IMG/VR virus record: IMGVR_UViG_3300042691_043547 | Coordinates: 5,422-69,421 of that record | Reading direction: 5' to 3' (one strand) | From: a virus | DNA: 64,000 nucleotides | In this document: piece after piece, positions 18,032 through 26,783 of the stretch | Numbering within the stretch: the first letter of the stretch is position 1 | How the letters are laid out: each line of letters opens with the position of its first letter | Translations under genes and position numbers: made by a program | Notes under the pieces: generated by a model | Told to the model about the DNA's origin: nothing | What the model saw: the letters and a program-made list of their open reading frames with translations, nothing else | Database searches by the model: none

Positions 18032-18214
18032 TTCTGCTGCTGGCGGGCTAGGAAGCTCGGTCTCGACCACCACCAGATCGATCGGGTGGGCGACGACCTG
18101 GAACGGCAAAAAGACCCGCGGGTCGATCAGGACGGACTGGTCTACCGTCGCCGTATACTCCGGGGTCGGAGATTCGAGGGCCGGTGTAATATCGATTTCT
18201 TCGGGGCCTGTCAT
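18029..18214 (-). CDS. small hypothetical protein
   Basis: ATGA-coupled to the upstream gene; ends at the terminator. Confidence 0.45.
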   Translation of the reverse strand: MTGPEEIDITPALESPTPEYTATVDQSVLIDPRVFLPFQVVAHPIDLVVVETELPSPPAAE

Positions 18215-18447
18215 GGTTGAATCCTCGTTCGTTCATCAGTCACTTCACCTTTAATCGGCCCACCGGCTAGGGCGCCACGCAAGTTACGCATCAGGCCAGC
18301 AACCAGAGGGCCAATCTCGGGTTGATATCCGCCCCACTCACAGAAGGGCAGTCTTTCTTCGAGCGTCGACAGGAAAGCGTCTGCCGCTGCCCATCCCGCC
18401 ATTTCCACGGCGTCTCGAATGTCCTTGGGGAAGTCTTCCAGTCGCAT
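18211..18447 (-). CDS. small hypothetical protein
   Basis: ATG 18447 in a TGATG overlap with the GT2 gene. Confidence 0.55.
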   Translation of the reverse strand: MRLEDFPKDIRDAVEMAGWAAADAFLSTLEERLPFCEWGGYQPEIGPLVAGLMRNLRGALAGGPIKGEVTDERTRIQP

Positions 18448-19484
18448 CAGACTTCCTCGTAGTCGTTGCAGTTTTGACAGCAGCGAATCCCATCGCCGTA
18501 ATCCCTGAACGGACGGCATTTCTCGTGAAGCTCGCACTTGTAGACGAACTTGAGCGGGCAGTTGCAGTCCCCCGTGTCGATCGGAGTGCTACTCCGGTGG
18601 AAACAGGGCAGGGTCCGTCGAACTGTTTTGATGGTGCGAAAGCGTTCAGGAAAAACACCCTGGTTTGGGTCAACGGCTTCGGCTTCCGCAAGCACATTGT
18701 TGAAGTTGGCCTCGGGCACTTTGGGACGGAAATGTTCAACCACATCCTCGTAGGACAGGCCGAGTTCACGGCGACCAACGACATAGTTGAAAATTCTGTC
18801 TTCCAAAAACAGGCGATAGGGGACACCCTTGGGTCGGCCGAACCGGTGCAGCCAGGTCATCCAGGGAACACACATCGCCTCGCCGCCGAACTTGCGGACC
18901 TTGGAATGTATATACCCCTCCTCGCCACCGAAGCCCCTGAACAGGGTGTTGAAGCCTGGCCACTCCTCCTTGCACATCATGAACTGGCCGAGGCCCTGCA
19001 TGGGGATCGGGAACGGCTCACCAAGCTTCACTCTTTCGTCTGTCGCCCAGGTGCCGTACATGCTGTCCCGCCAGGTCGGGTTAAAATGCGTGGCCATGTT
19101 GATGTGGTCGTCGTACAACAACGGGCCTTGGTAGAGGTTCTTCCTCCCGGCCTCGCCGGAACGGATGAACTCCTTGGTCTTGGCGACCACCCCTTGCGTC
19201 AACAGAACATGGCTGTCAACACACATCACCCACTCGCCCTGAGCCTCTTCAAAGACGAGTTGGCGCGGCAGCGAGGTGCCGGTGGCGTGGCCCCTGTGCA
19301 GGTAACGGGCCTTGGCCCATTCGGCGGCGCTCTTGGTGTGTGGGCAGCCATTGGGCAGATTGTCCACCACCAGCAACTCGACATCGTTCAGGTCGTGATA
19401 GGCCCGCAACGCTTGCAGGGTGAAGTAGACCCCGTCGTAATCGTCGTAGGTCGCCATCCCGATAGTTAGAAGTGGTTCCGCCAT
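18447..19484 (-). CDS. GT2 glycosyltransferase with Cys-rich C-terminal domain
   Basis: LTIGMATYDD, LLVVDN, CVDSH, GFGGEE; tail C.HR..CNC..CELH..C..CCQNC. Confidence 0.85.
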   Translation of the reverse strand: MAEPLLTIGMATYDDYDGVYFTLQALRAYHDLNDVELLVVDNLPNGCPHTKSAAEWAKARYLHRGHATGTSLPRQLVFEEAQGEWVMCVDSHVLLTQGVVAKTKEFIRSGEAGRKNLYQGPLLYDDHINMATHFNPTWRDSMYGTWATDERVKLGEPFPIPMQGLGQFMMCKEEWPGFNTLFRGFGGEEGYIHSKVRKFGGEAMCVPWMTWLHRFGRPKGVPYRLFLEDRIFNYVVGRRELGLSYEDVVEHFRPKVPEANFNNVLAEAEAVDPNQGVFPERFRTIKTVRRTLPCFHRSSTPIDTGDCNCPLKFVYKCELHEKCRPFRDYGDGIRCCQNCNDYEEV

Positions 19485-19532
19485 AGATTCTCCTCGTCAT
19501 ATGGTTCTATGCGCGTCGAGGAGGGTTTGGTT

Positions 19533-19564
19533 AAACGAAAAGACCCGCCGTTTTGGGCGGGTCT
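19533..19564 (-). terminator. intrinsic terminator
   Basis: AGACCCGCC-loop-GGCGGGTCT followed by TTTCGTTT on the minus strand, downstream of 19590..20261. Confidence 0.8.
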
Positions 19565-19589
19565 CTCCGTTGCGGTAGGAGGGGATCGG

Positions 19590-20261
19590 TCAGAGGTATT
19601 CCAGTTGGACCCAGAGTCCGAACTGTTTGCTTCCGATCCCGTCCGGTGAGGCCGACAAGGCCAGATACCAGTCGTGGCGGACATCTGTCGTGTTGGCACC
19701 CGACGGACGCAACCCCGAGGTCCCTGGCGAAGCGGTCAATGTAACTGGCTCACGCTGCGCCGGATTGGCCTGGTTGGCGGTCGTGAAGACCTCCCAGGCT
19801 GTCGAACCCGAACCCGTCGGATTGCCTGAATCCTGGACGGTCACGGGATGAATAATTTCGGCTAGATAAGTGGTTACACCGGAAGCGGGATTGGTTGGAA
19901 GAACTCTGTCATAGATGTAGGCTTTGACATTCTGTGTCTTGACCGCCGAGTCAGCGGTGAAGCGCACATTCAGGCTGCTTTGCCAGTTGGGAATGGCTCT
20001 GAGGGGAATGGCCGAAGTGCCGCGCCCTACCAGCCCGCTTCCTGCGTTGGCGTATTTCACATTCCAAGCTTCGGGGCCTTGGTTGGTCCCGGTTGAGTTG
20101 GTGATGAAGGTCTTGTCTTGTGCTTCGCCGACCGGAACGGATAGACCGAACCCGCCGCCATAAAAGCCCAGACCTGAGCCAGCCAAGCTGGCTATCTGGA
20201 ACGTCGAGAACGTGCCACCGTCCTCAAACTGTCCTGCGTAAAACGAAAGCGACGCGGGCAT
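19590..20261 (-). CDS. putative virion structural protein
   Basis: 223 aa, G/S/T/N-rich, beta-type; strong GGAGG SD, own upstream motif and terminator. Confidence 0.7.
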   Translation of the reverse strand: MPASLSFYAGQFEDGGTFSTFQIASLAGSGLGFYGGGFGLSVPVGEAQDKTFITNSTGTNQGPEAWNVKYANAGSGLVGRGTSAIPLRAIPNWQSSLNVRFTADSAVKTQNVKAYIYDRVLPTNPASGVTTYLAEIIHPVTVQDSGNPTGSGSTAWEVFTTANQANPAQREPVTLTASPGTSGLRPSGANTTDVRHDWYLALSASPDGIGSKQFGLWVQLEYL

Positions 20262-20280
20262 GTCTAGTACCTCCTTGAGA

Positions 20281-20290
20281 AATTACACCG
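20281..20290 (-). promoter_or_regulatory. putative late promoter motif CGGTGTAATT
   Basis: The same core recurs upstream of 38374, 41774 and 45300, with a variant at 46626. Confidence 0.45.
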
Positions 20291-20680
20291 TCACCACTTG
20301 CCGTCCGGGCACTTCTGCTCATCCCAGGACGCCTTCAGGTTCATGTAGCAACCACAACCAGAACAGCGATTGTCAGGCCGAAGTTTAGGACAAGTCTTGC
20401 AAATCGCCATTCTTTTTTGATAGGTTTCGCTATCAGCTGATTGCAATCCTCCGGCAACATGCTGAGCGAGGGCGGTGACGAAGTTGACCCCCTGCTGAAG
20501 CAGGCTGGGCAGTTTGTTTTCCTTGTCCCAGGCCAGCTTGCCGGTACACAAATCCTTGATGAAGGCGATCTGTTCGGGCTGGGTAACTCCCTCCCCGTTA
20601 CAGATGCGATATTCCTCTTCGGAAAGGACATAAGCCTTTCCTTGACTGCACGGCACATTGGGTTGACAGGGGCAGTTCAT
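20291..20680 (-). CDS. Cys-rich DUF6171-like protein
   Basis: R.AIC..CP......C..CGC....KA......CP..KW. Confidence 0.75.
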   Translation of the reverse strand: MNCPCQPNVPCSQGKAYVLSEEEYRICNGEGVTQPEQIAFIKDLCTGKLAWDKENKLPSLLQQGVNFVTALAQHVAGGLQSADSETYQKRMAICKTCPKLRPDNRCSGCGCYMNLKASWDEQKCPDGKW

Positions 20681-21186
20681 GAGTAGTCCGGCATCTCAAA
20701 GGTGAAACTGAAAGACTGTCCGCTAAAGCCCGAATAGACCGTGTTCAAGAAGCGGCGACACATCACCCACCTCTGCTGTGTCTCGTCGAAGTAGACGCCT
20801 GCCACCACGACGTTGCCGAAGTTGCCGTTGCCGTTGTTCTGGATGTTTTGCATCACCAGTGTGTTGGTCCTGCCTTCCAGCAGGTCGCCCGCATCAAGGG
20901 TGACCCGGGTCATACCTCGGGGGGTGCCGTTGTCGGGGTTGTTGCCGCAGCAGGAGATGCCAGGCTCCAGCAGGTCGATGGTCGGCTCAATGGTGGAGTT
21001 GGTCCGGAAGAATTTGCCGATGCAATTGTTGGAGTTGAGGATGATGTCTCCCATGTTCTTGCCGTTGAGGATCAGGCGGAAGTTGTCATCGGTGGCCGCA
21101 TTGCTGTTGCAGACATAGATGATGTAGTCGGTTTCGCGGTCGCAACCCAGGCAGCAGGGGGCGCAGTCGATGTATTCAATCTCCAT
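20677..21186 (-). CDS. hypothetical tail-associated protein, Cys/Asn-rich
   Basis: Coupled ORF downstream of the tail tip gene. Confidence 0.7.
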   Translation of the reverse strand: MEIEYIDCAPCCLGCDRETDYIIYVCNSNAATDDNFRLILNGKNMGDIILNSNNCIGKFFRTNSTIEPTIDLLEPGISCCGNNPDNGTPRGMTRVTLDAGDLLEGRTNTLVMQNIQNNGNGNFGNVVVAGVYFDETQQRWVMCRRFLNTVYSGFSGQSFSFTFEMPDYS

Positions 21187-24100
21187 CAGACAACCTCCAC
21201 GGCACCCAGAAAGTCGTAAGTCTTCTTGGTGACCTGGAGCAGGCCGCTCTGACAGACAAGGTTGGTGACAACTGTGATGCGCTTGTAGTCGCTGGCATCA
21301 AAGCTGTTGCCGCCGCCACCGCTGTACCACCTGCCCTCGTTGGGCACAAAGTGAGCCAACGCAAAGCCAGCCTTGATCTGGCCGGAACCGACCGGATGAA
21401 CCGGAATAGCCTTGTTGACCAAGGAGTTGCCGACATAAGGATAGCCCGAAGCGGGCGCTCCGGAGGCTGCGGCAGCGTAAATGTAAACCCGGGTAACTCC
21501 CGCTCCAGACCAGACTTTCCGGATGTCGTCCCACAACAGATCGGTTGGCCCCGCCTTGTGCTGGTCGGATCGGTACGCAAGATCGACATTGGTCGGGGCG
21601 ATCTGGCCCGGGTTATAGAGGTCCTGACCGTAGCCAACAACCATCAAGGGGCCGCGCAGCCCCATACTGCGCCCTTCAAAGGCCCCGTTGCCAGCACCGG
21701 AATTCCAGTTGTTGATCTCACACGGCAATCCGTTCGCCTGTTGGTAGGTGACGATTGAGATGTCTGTTTGGCCAGGGTAGGCGCTCGGGGTCAAGCTGGT
21801 TGCCGTTGTCGTATTAGAAATGTTGACCGGAAGCTCAACCTTCGGCAACAAGGAAGTGCTGGGCAGGGATTTGTAGGTCAAGCCGTGCTGGTTGACTGTG
21901 ATGCCGCCATTGACCGTCGGCGTTCGGAAGGGACGGAAGAGGGCGTCCTGACTGGTGATCGCCCTGTTGGCGTAGACATCAGGGCTGTCTGCGTCCGTAT
22001 TCGACATCAATTCATGGAGAGGGGCCGATTTCACATCCAATCGCACGGCGCTGCCGTTGGCGCTGGCAAACCCGGCCATGCACTCGTGCGGCGTTTGCAC
22101 TCGGTGGAACTTGTCGAAAGCCCCGGCTGTCATCGACAAAGAGAATGCCCCGGCACTGGCTCTGACCGCCCCCTGGCGCACTTTGTTTTGGTCAATGGCC
22201 AGTTTATACAGGTTTCTGCGCAACTGAAGACCGAGCTGGCCTGTCTTGCGCATCCGGTCGATAGTCTGCCTCGGGATGACACCAAAGCGCGGACTGTAGT
22301 TCTGGAAGGCGTAAGTTGAGGTAACCCCTCCCGTGCCGATGGAAATCTCAATCGATGTCACGGCTGGGCCGCTGGCCTGAAGAGCCTGACCCAAAGAAAC
22401 TTTTGGGTAATCCACCTGAGTGATTCGTCCGTGTTCCGTCAGCGCCATGCGGCTTGATCCGTCAAACAATCTCGCCATAGCCACGCGGTTCATCACATAT
22501 ATTGAGCCGAAATTGCTGGGCACCAGCTCGTTGTCAACTTCCACCTTGACGCGACCAGGCACACCGGAATAAACCCAGTAAGGGCCGTAGGTGATCCGGT
22601 TGCTCTTGAGTGGCACCACAAAAAAAGACGGGTAGACCGGCGGTGGATGGATGCGCGTTTTCGATGATTCAGCGTTGGTTTGATAAAGTCCTGCTGGTGT
22701 CCCCAGAAGTCTGCTGATGACGCTGTGATCCCCCGATGGATCTAGTGTCTTTGAGAAGATAGGTGTTTGGACAGTCATTCTGACCAGCGGACCACCCAGA
22801 TAAATCATCCCGGCGCCAGCAAGAACATAACCGATGTACTGGCTGGTTCTGTATGGCGTGGTGAACGAGGGGTAGTACATCTCCTCGATCTTCTCTCCCA
22901 AAGACGCCTTGACATAGGCGCCCAGCGAATCCATGACCACATCCTGCGGATTGTCGATGGAGGCGCCAGTCTGAATCAGCCGTTGATAGTTGTAAACGAC
23001 AAAAGGCTCAAAGCGACTCTGGTCATCAGAAAAATAGGTGCAAGAAAGCGGACTCAGGCCGAAGGGTGCGCCCTCGGCCTCCATGAAGGCACTCCTGGCG
23101 ATGTCGAACTCGTAGCGGATGTTGGGACGAAGGTCGGCCTTGAACGGCACATTGCTGTCGAGCGTCGACGCAGAAATACCAAGACTGACGATAAATTCCT
23201 TGCCGAGATACTGATTGGCCACTCCGGACAGCCAGCTGAAGAATCTACGGCGCGCCTCCGATCTGTCGTAGGTGGCTTCCAGAGCGCGAGCAAGGATGGC
23301 TTGCGGATTGGTCTGGACCAGACTTCCCGTGTTGACGCCGCTCAAAAGAACCTGATTTCCGCGAGTGCTTTCAAAGCCGGTCATGGCGAAAAAGACATCG
23401 GGACGGTATTTCTCGATATACTCCATCCAGCTGTCAATGCCAGCCATGGCGAACTGAAGCTCAAGTGTCGAACAGAAGTAGTACGATGAGCCGATGATGT
23501 CTTCGACCCCCTGTGCGTAGAGGTTCATCATCTCACAGGGGTAGGAAATGGGCGATTCGCCCGGCAGCTTGGGGGCCAGGATGACGAAGCCGGGATGGCC
23601 CAGGATCGGGTTCTTGTTCTGGTCATATCCCCAAAAAGAACAGTAGTTTGCTTTCCCGTACATTCCCTCGTAGGGGCCGCCGATCAGCATCGCTGCCGTT
23701 TGGTGACCCTGTGCCATCTCAATGCCGTGCTCAATGGCGGTGGCGTTTGAGCCTGGCTGGTTGACGATCGCCCCGATAGTCCCCAGGCTGGGCGCAAACC
23801 TTCTGTCTATGACGCGTATCTTGATCGTGTAGCCGACCAACTCAACGACAAAATCAAATCCAGCATCCTGGCAGACCTTGTTGATGACATCGTACAGGCT
23901 GACTACCGAGTTGCCTTCGATCCGATAATAGGGATCGGGGATCGGCAGTTCGCTGAGATCCAACGAGTAGTAGACGCCGTCTGGAAATTCGCGTGTCGGC
24001 AAACCCCACCGCATCGGCCCACCGAATGGGGTTGTGAGGGGCTGATTGCAGATTGATAGCACCGCCCTGAAAAAAGTGATCCACGGCATGCCAATTTCAT

Positions 24101-24539
24101 CGGAACCGGAAAAGCCAAAACCAATATTCTCCCAGAAACCATAGGCGTTGATAACATTAGTGACGCCTACCGGTATCGCCCCCACATACTGGCCAATGAT
24201 GACCTGTGTGGCTTGCAGGATTTCCCGCGGATCCACCACGACGATATCGTAGCCCAGACCGGAAACCTGTTTTTTCTGGGTGACTTTGGACAGAATGCCG
24301 CCAAAAAAATAACCGCCCAAACGAAATCGTAGGGGGTGGCCAACCTGACACGGGAAATCATTGTAAGAATAATTAAAGTCAGAATTTTCTTTAACAAGAG
24401 ATATATTTAGAGAGCTTCCGTTATCTCCCCAAGAGACACTGCTGCTAGCCTGTTGGACATAAAAGCCCAACAGGGTCCGGTTGTTGGAACCGTGTGTGAT
24501 CTGCGGCACAAGGTATTGGAAGTCACTTTCCGTAGGCAT
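21186..24539 (-). CDS. tail tip / baseplate hub-like protein
   Basis: 1117 aa, third gene after the TMP; N-terminal F.GI......G..Y...V.DPR and C...G.DF.V.L hub-like pattern. Confidence 0.65.
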   Translation of the reverse strand: MPTESDFQYLVPQITHGSNNRTLLGFYVQQASSSVSWGDNGSSLNISLVKENSDFNYSYNDFPCQVGHPLRFRLGGYFFGGILSKVTQKKQVSGLGYDIVVVDPREILQATQVIIGQYVGAIPVGVTNVINAYGFWENIGFGFSGSDEIGMPWITFFRAVLSICNQPLTTPFGGPMRWGLPTREFPDGVYYSLDLSELPIPDPYYRIEGNSVVSLYDVINKVCQDAGFDFVVELVGYTIKIRVIDRRFAPSLGTIGAIVNQPGSNATAIEHGIEMAQGHQTAAMLIGGPYEGMYGKANYCSFWGYDQNKNPILGHPGFVILAPKLPGESPISYPCEMMNLYAQGVEDIIGSSYYFCSTLELQFAMAGIDSWMEYIEKYRPDVFFAMTGFESTRGNQVLLSGVNTGSLVQTNPQAILARALEATYDRSEARRRFFSWLSGVANQYLGKEFIVSLGISASTLDSNVPFKADLRPNIRYEFDIARSAFMEAEGAPFGLSPLSCTYFSDDQSRFEPFVVYNYQRLIQTGASIDNPQDVVMDSLGAYVKASLGEKIEEMYYPSFTTPYRTSQYIGYVLAGAGMIYLGGPLVRMTVQTPIFSKTLDPSGDHSVISRLLGTPAGLYQTNAESSKTRIHPPPVYPSFFVVPLKSNRITYGPYWVYSGVPGRVKVEVDNELVPSNFGSIYVMNRVAMARLFDGSSRMALTEHGRITQVDYPKVSLGQALQASGPAVTSIEISIGTGGVTSTYAFQNYSPRFGVIPRQTIDRMRKTGQLGLQLRRNLYKLAIDQNKVRQGAVRASAGAFSLSMTAGAFDKFHRVQTPHECMAGFASANGSAVRLDVKSAPLHELMSNTDADSPDVYANRAITSQDALFRPFRTPTVNGGITVNQHGLTYKSLPSTSLLPKVELPVNISNTTTATSLTPSAYPGQTDISIVTYQQANGLPCEINNWNSGAGNGAFEGRSMGLRGPLMVVGYGQDLYNPGQIAPTNVDLAYRSDQHKAGPTDLLWDDIRKVWSGAGVTRVYIYAAAASGAPASGYPYVGNSLVNKAIPVHPVGSGQIKAGFALAHFVPNEGRWYSGGGGNSFDASDYKRITVVTNLVCQSGLLQVTKKTYDFLGAVEVV

Positions 24540-26181
24540 AGGTCACACTGAAGTTGTAGCGGCCAGTCGTGTAGTTGAATCCATCGGTTATTTTTTCAAC
24601 AAATAACTTTGGATAGATGGCCGTGTTGGGGATGATGTTGAGTTGGGCAAGCGCCGTGAAGGCCTGTTCTCTGGTCGGCTTGACCGGACGCCCATCCGTT
24701 TGATTCACCGTGCCCACTACCACTTCCATGGTGATGTCCCGAGTTGTCTTGGTGATATTCATCAAATTCTGATAGACAGGACCCTTGCCAAGCGGGTTGG
24801 CCCCATCGACCCGCCCCAAGACATCGATGGCGGCAAAAAGTGGCCCGCCACCATTGTCCGTAAAACTAACCTCAAAGAACTTGGCGTCAACAAATACAGG
24901 TGGGCGGTATTTGTTGTTGAATTCGACATTGTAAGTGATCGTGCCAGCCACCTTGTTGTGGCCGATTGTCACTTGAGCTGGTTTGTTTGACAAATACTCG
25001 GAACCCAAAACCGCTATTACTCGGTCGCGGATCAATCTGTACTCGTTGGCAGCCAGCAAATCCCATTTGCTTTTGGCGTGTACATATTTGGTTTCCGGCT
25101 GCTCAAAAGCCCCCGTTCTGCTGGTTCGCAAAGCGGTGATGGTGCCGTCGATGGAAATCGTCTTCAGCGTGGATTCTGCCGAGTCCTTGATGCTAATGTT
25201 GAATTCTTCCAGAGCCGGGATGTAATTGTTGCCCGACAAGGCCCCCAGCAGATCGGCGTTTGCCTTCGCCAAATCAACAATGGTCCAGGACTCGCTGACG
25301 CTGAACTTGCCGCCCGCCTCATCGACCGTGACGGTTCGGATGGCATCGTAGGCCCTGACCGTGTCTTGGCCAGCAGAAGGCTGTTCGCTGAAGGCGTTGG
25401 CCAAAGCCCCGCCAAGACCGAAATAACTGAGTCCAGCTGGTTGATCGTTCAGTTTGATTCTGCTGGAGGGTGGTGATGAGAGAGCGGCATTGTCGGAAAG
25501 GTCGGTATCTGACGCCAACTTTTTCAGAACCGCAGCCCGGGCAATCTCAAAGCCGCGCATGTTCCGGTTGGTTGTGCCACCCACCCATCGTGTCGTCGCT
25601 TGGGCGCTGACCTGATGAGTCAGCTTGTATTTCCGCAGGCTGTCATCCGGCTCCATCGACCAAGATTCTTCGACGCCGACATCGTCTTCTGCGTCCATGC
25701 CGATGGTGTTGGTGCCGATCCTGAGGTAGTCGGCCTCCAGATTGATCGTGTACTCGAAGTAGTCGGTGAACGGCCCCTCGGGGATATCGATCGATTTGAC
25801 GCGAGGATAGCAGAGGATCGTGGAGAGGGAACCCGAAGCGTCCCACGGGGTGATCTGAAGGGTGACGCGTTCGGTCGGATTCAGCGGGTTTTTGGGACGA
25901 AACAACTCGTTGAGTTGTCCTATTTTCTTTTGGATTTCGGCCTGACGACTGTTTGGCGTAACCACAGACGGTTGCTGGTTGGCCTGACTGAGCAAATCGG
26001 CCGTGCTGGTGTTCGCAAGAACCCCGCCCTTGTAGGCCAGCATCCGCCCTTTGAGGCTGATATTGAATAAGTACTTCTTGACGCGACCATCTTCAAACCG
26101 GTCAATTTGGGTGGAGATGGAGACAAAGGGTCCTGGGGCGAGAACCTTTTCTTGCCCCTGCGGGCCGTAAAGAACTGGCAT
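24523..26181 (-). CDS. minor tail protein
   Basis: 552 aa after the TMP; repeated EESW / E.FN beta segments. Confidence 0.65.
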   Translation of the reverse strand: MPVLYGPQGQEKVLAPGPFVSISTQIDRFEDGRVKKYLFNISLKGRMLAYKGGVLANTSTADLLSQANQQPSVVTPNSRQAEIQKKIGQLNELFRPKNPLNPTERVTLQITPWDASGSLSTILCYPRVKSIDIPEGPFTDYFEYTINLEADYLRIGTNTIGMDAEDDVGVEESWSMEPDDSLRKYKLTHQVSAQATTRWVGGTTNRNMRGFEIARAAVLKKLASDTDLSDNAALSSPPSSRIKLNDQPAGLSYFGLGGALANAFSEQPSAGQDTVRAYDAIRTVTVDEAGGKFSVSESWTIVDLAKANADLLGALSGNNYIPALEEFNISIKDSAESTLKTISIDGTITALRTSRTGAFEQPETKYVHAKSKWDLLAANEYRLIRDRVIAVLGSEYLSNKPAQVTIGHNKVAGTITYNVEFNNKYRPPVFVDAKFFEVSFTDNGGGPLFAAIDVLGRVDGANPLGKGPVYQNLMNITKTTRDITMEVVVGTVNQTDGRPVKPTREQAFTALAQLNIIPNTAIYPKLFVEKITDGFNYTTGRYNFSVTYAYGK

Positions 26182-26783
26182 TAATTGCCTCCTATAGTCA
26201 GATCAAGAGAACCGGTGCCCACGCCAGTACCCGCCGTGATCATGGCCAGCGACCCGCTGCTTCCAGCCGGACCAGCCAAATACAATACGCAGCCAGCACT
26301 GGCTTCCTGGGCATAGCCGGTCACCGTCAGCGGCAACATGGAAAAGGCTTCAGGCGTGCGCCAGACCACGAGATTCAAGCCGGTGCCGAAGACTGGGGCT
26401 TCCAAAATCAACGGCAATGCGTTTTCCACCAATTCGGTGGCACTATTGACTGTCACCAGAGACAATGAACCCGAAAGGTTCTTGTTGGCTCCTTCGACAA
26501 ACAAATTCATGTTTTGTTGGCTATCAGATTTATTACACAAGATATATAAATTTAACCCCTTGCCATAAGCCTTACCACTAACGACTAGGGGGAGCGTGTT
26601 GGCGACGCCGGAAAATACGCCAAGGGTGTGGAGTGGCAGCGAATTCCCACCCGAAGGTATCTCGGTGACCTTCAGGAACAGATTCAACGACTCCCAGGAA
26701 AGCGACTCGCCGCCAAACCCGAGGACTAGTCCCCCGGGTGTGGCGAGTATGTCCCCCAGCCTGCCCGTGAAGACACTCATCAC
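26181..26783 (-). CDS. minor tail protein with short repeats (L.L...G)
   Basis: Directly follows the TMP; repeating 'LNL/LPL..G' units. Confidence 0.65.
   Translation of the reverse strand: MMSVFTGRLGDILATPGGLVLGFGGESLSWESLNLFLKVTEIPSGGNSLPLHTLGVFSGVANTLPLVVSGKAYGKGLNLYILCNKSDSQQNMNLFVEGANKNLSGSLSLVTVNSATELVENALPLILEAPVFGTGLNLVVWRTPEAFSMLPLTVTGYAQEASAGCVLYLAGPAGSSGSLAMITAGTGVGTGSLDLTIGGN

Noticed and set aside
18181-18190. CCGGTGTAAT on the + strand as a promoter
   Set aside because: It lies inside a minus-strand ORF, downstream of the + arm terminator, and points antisense to the structural genes. Probably chance.
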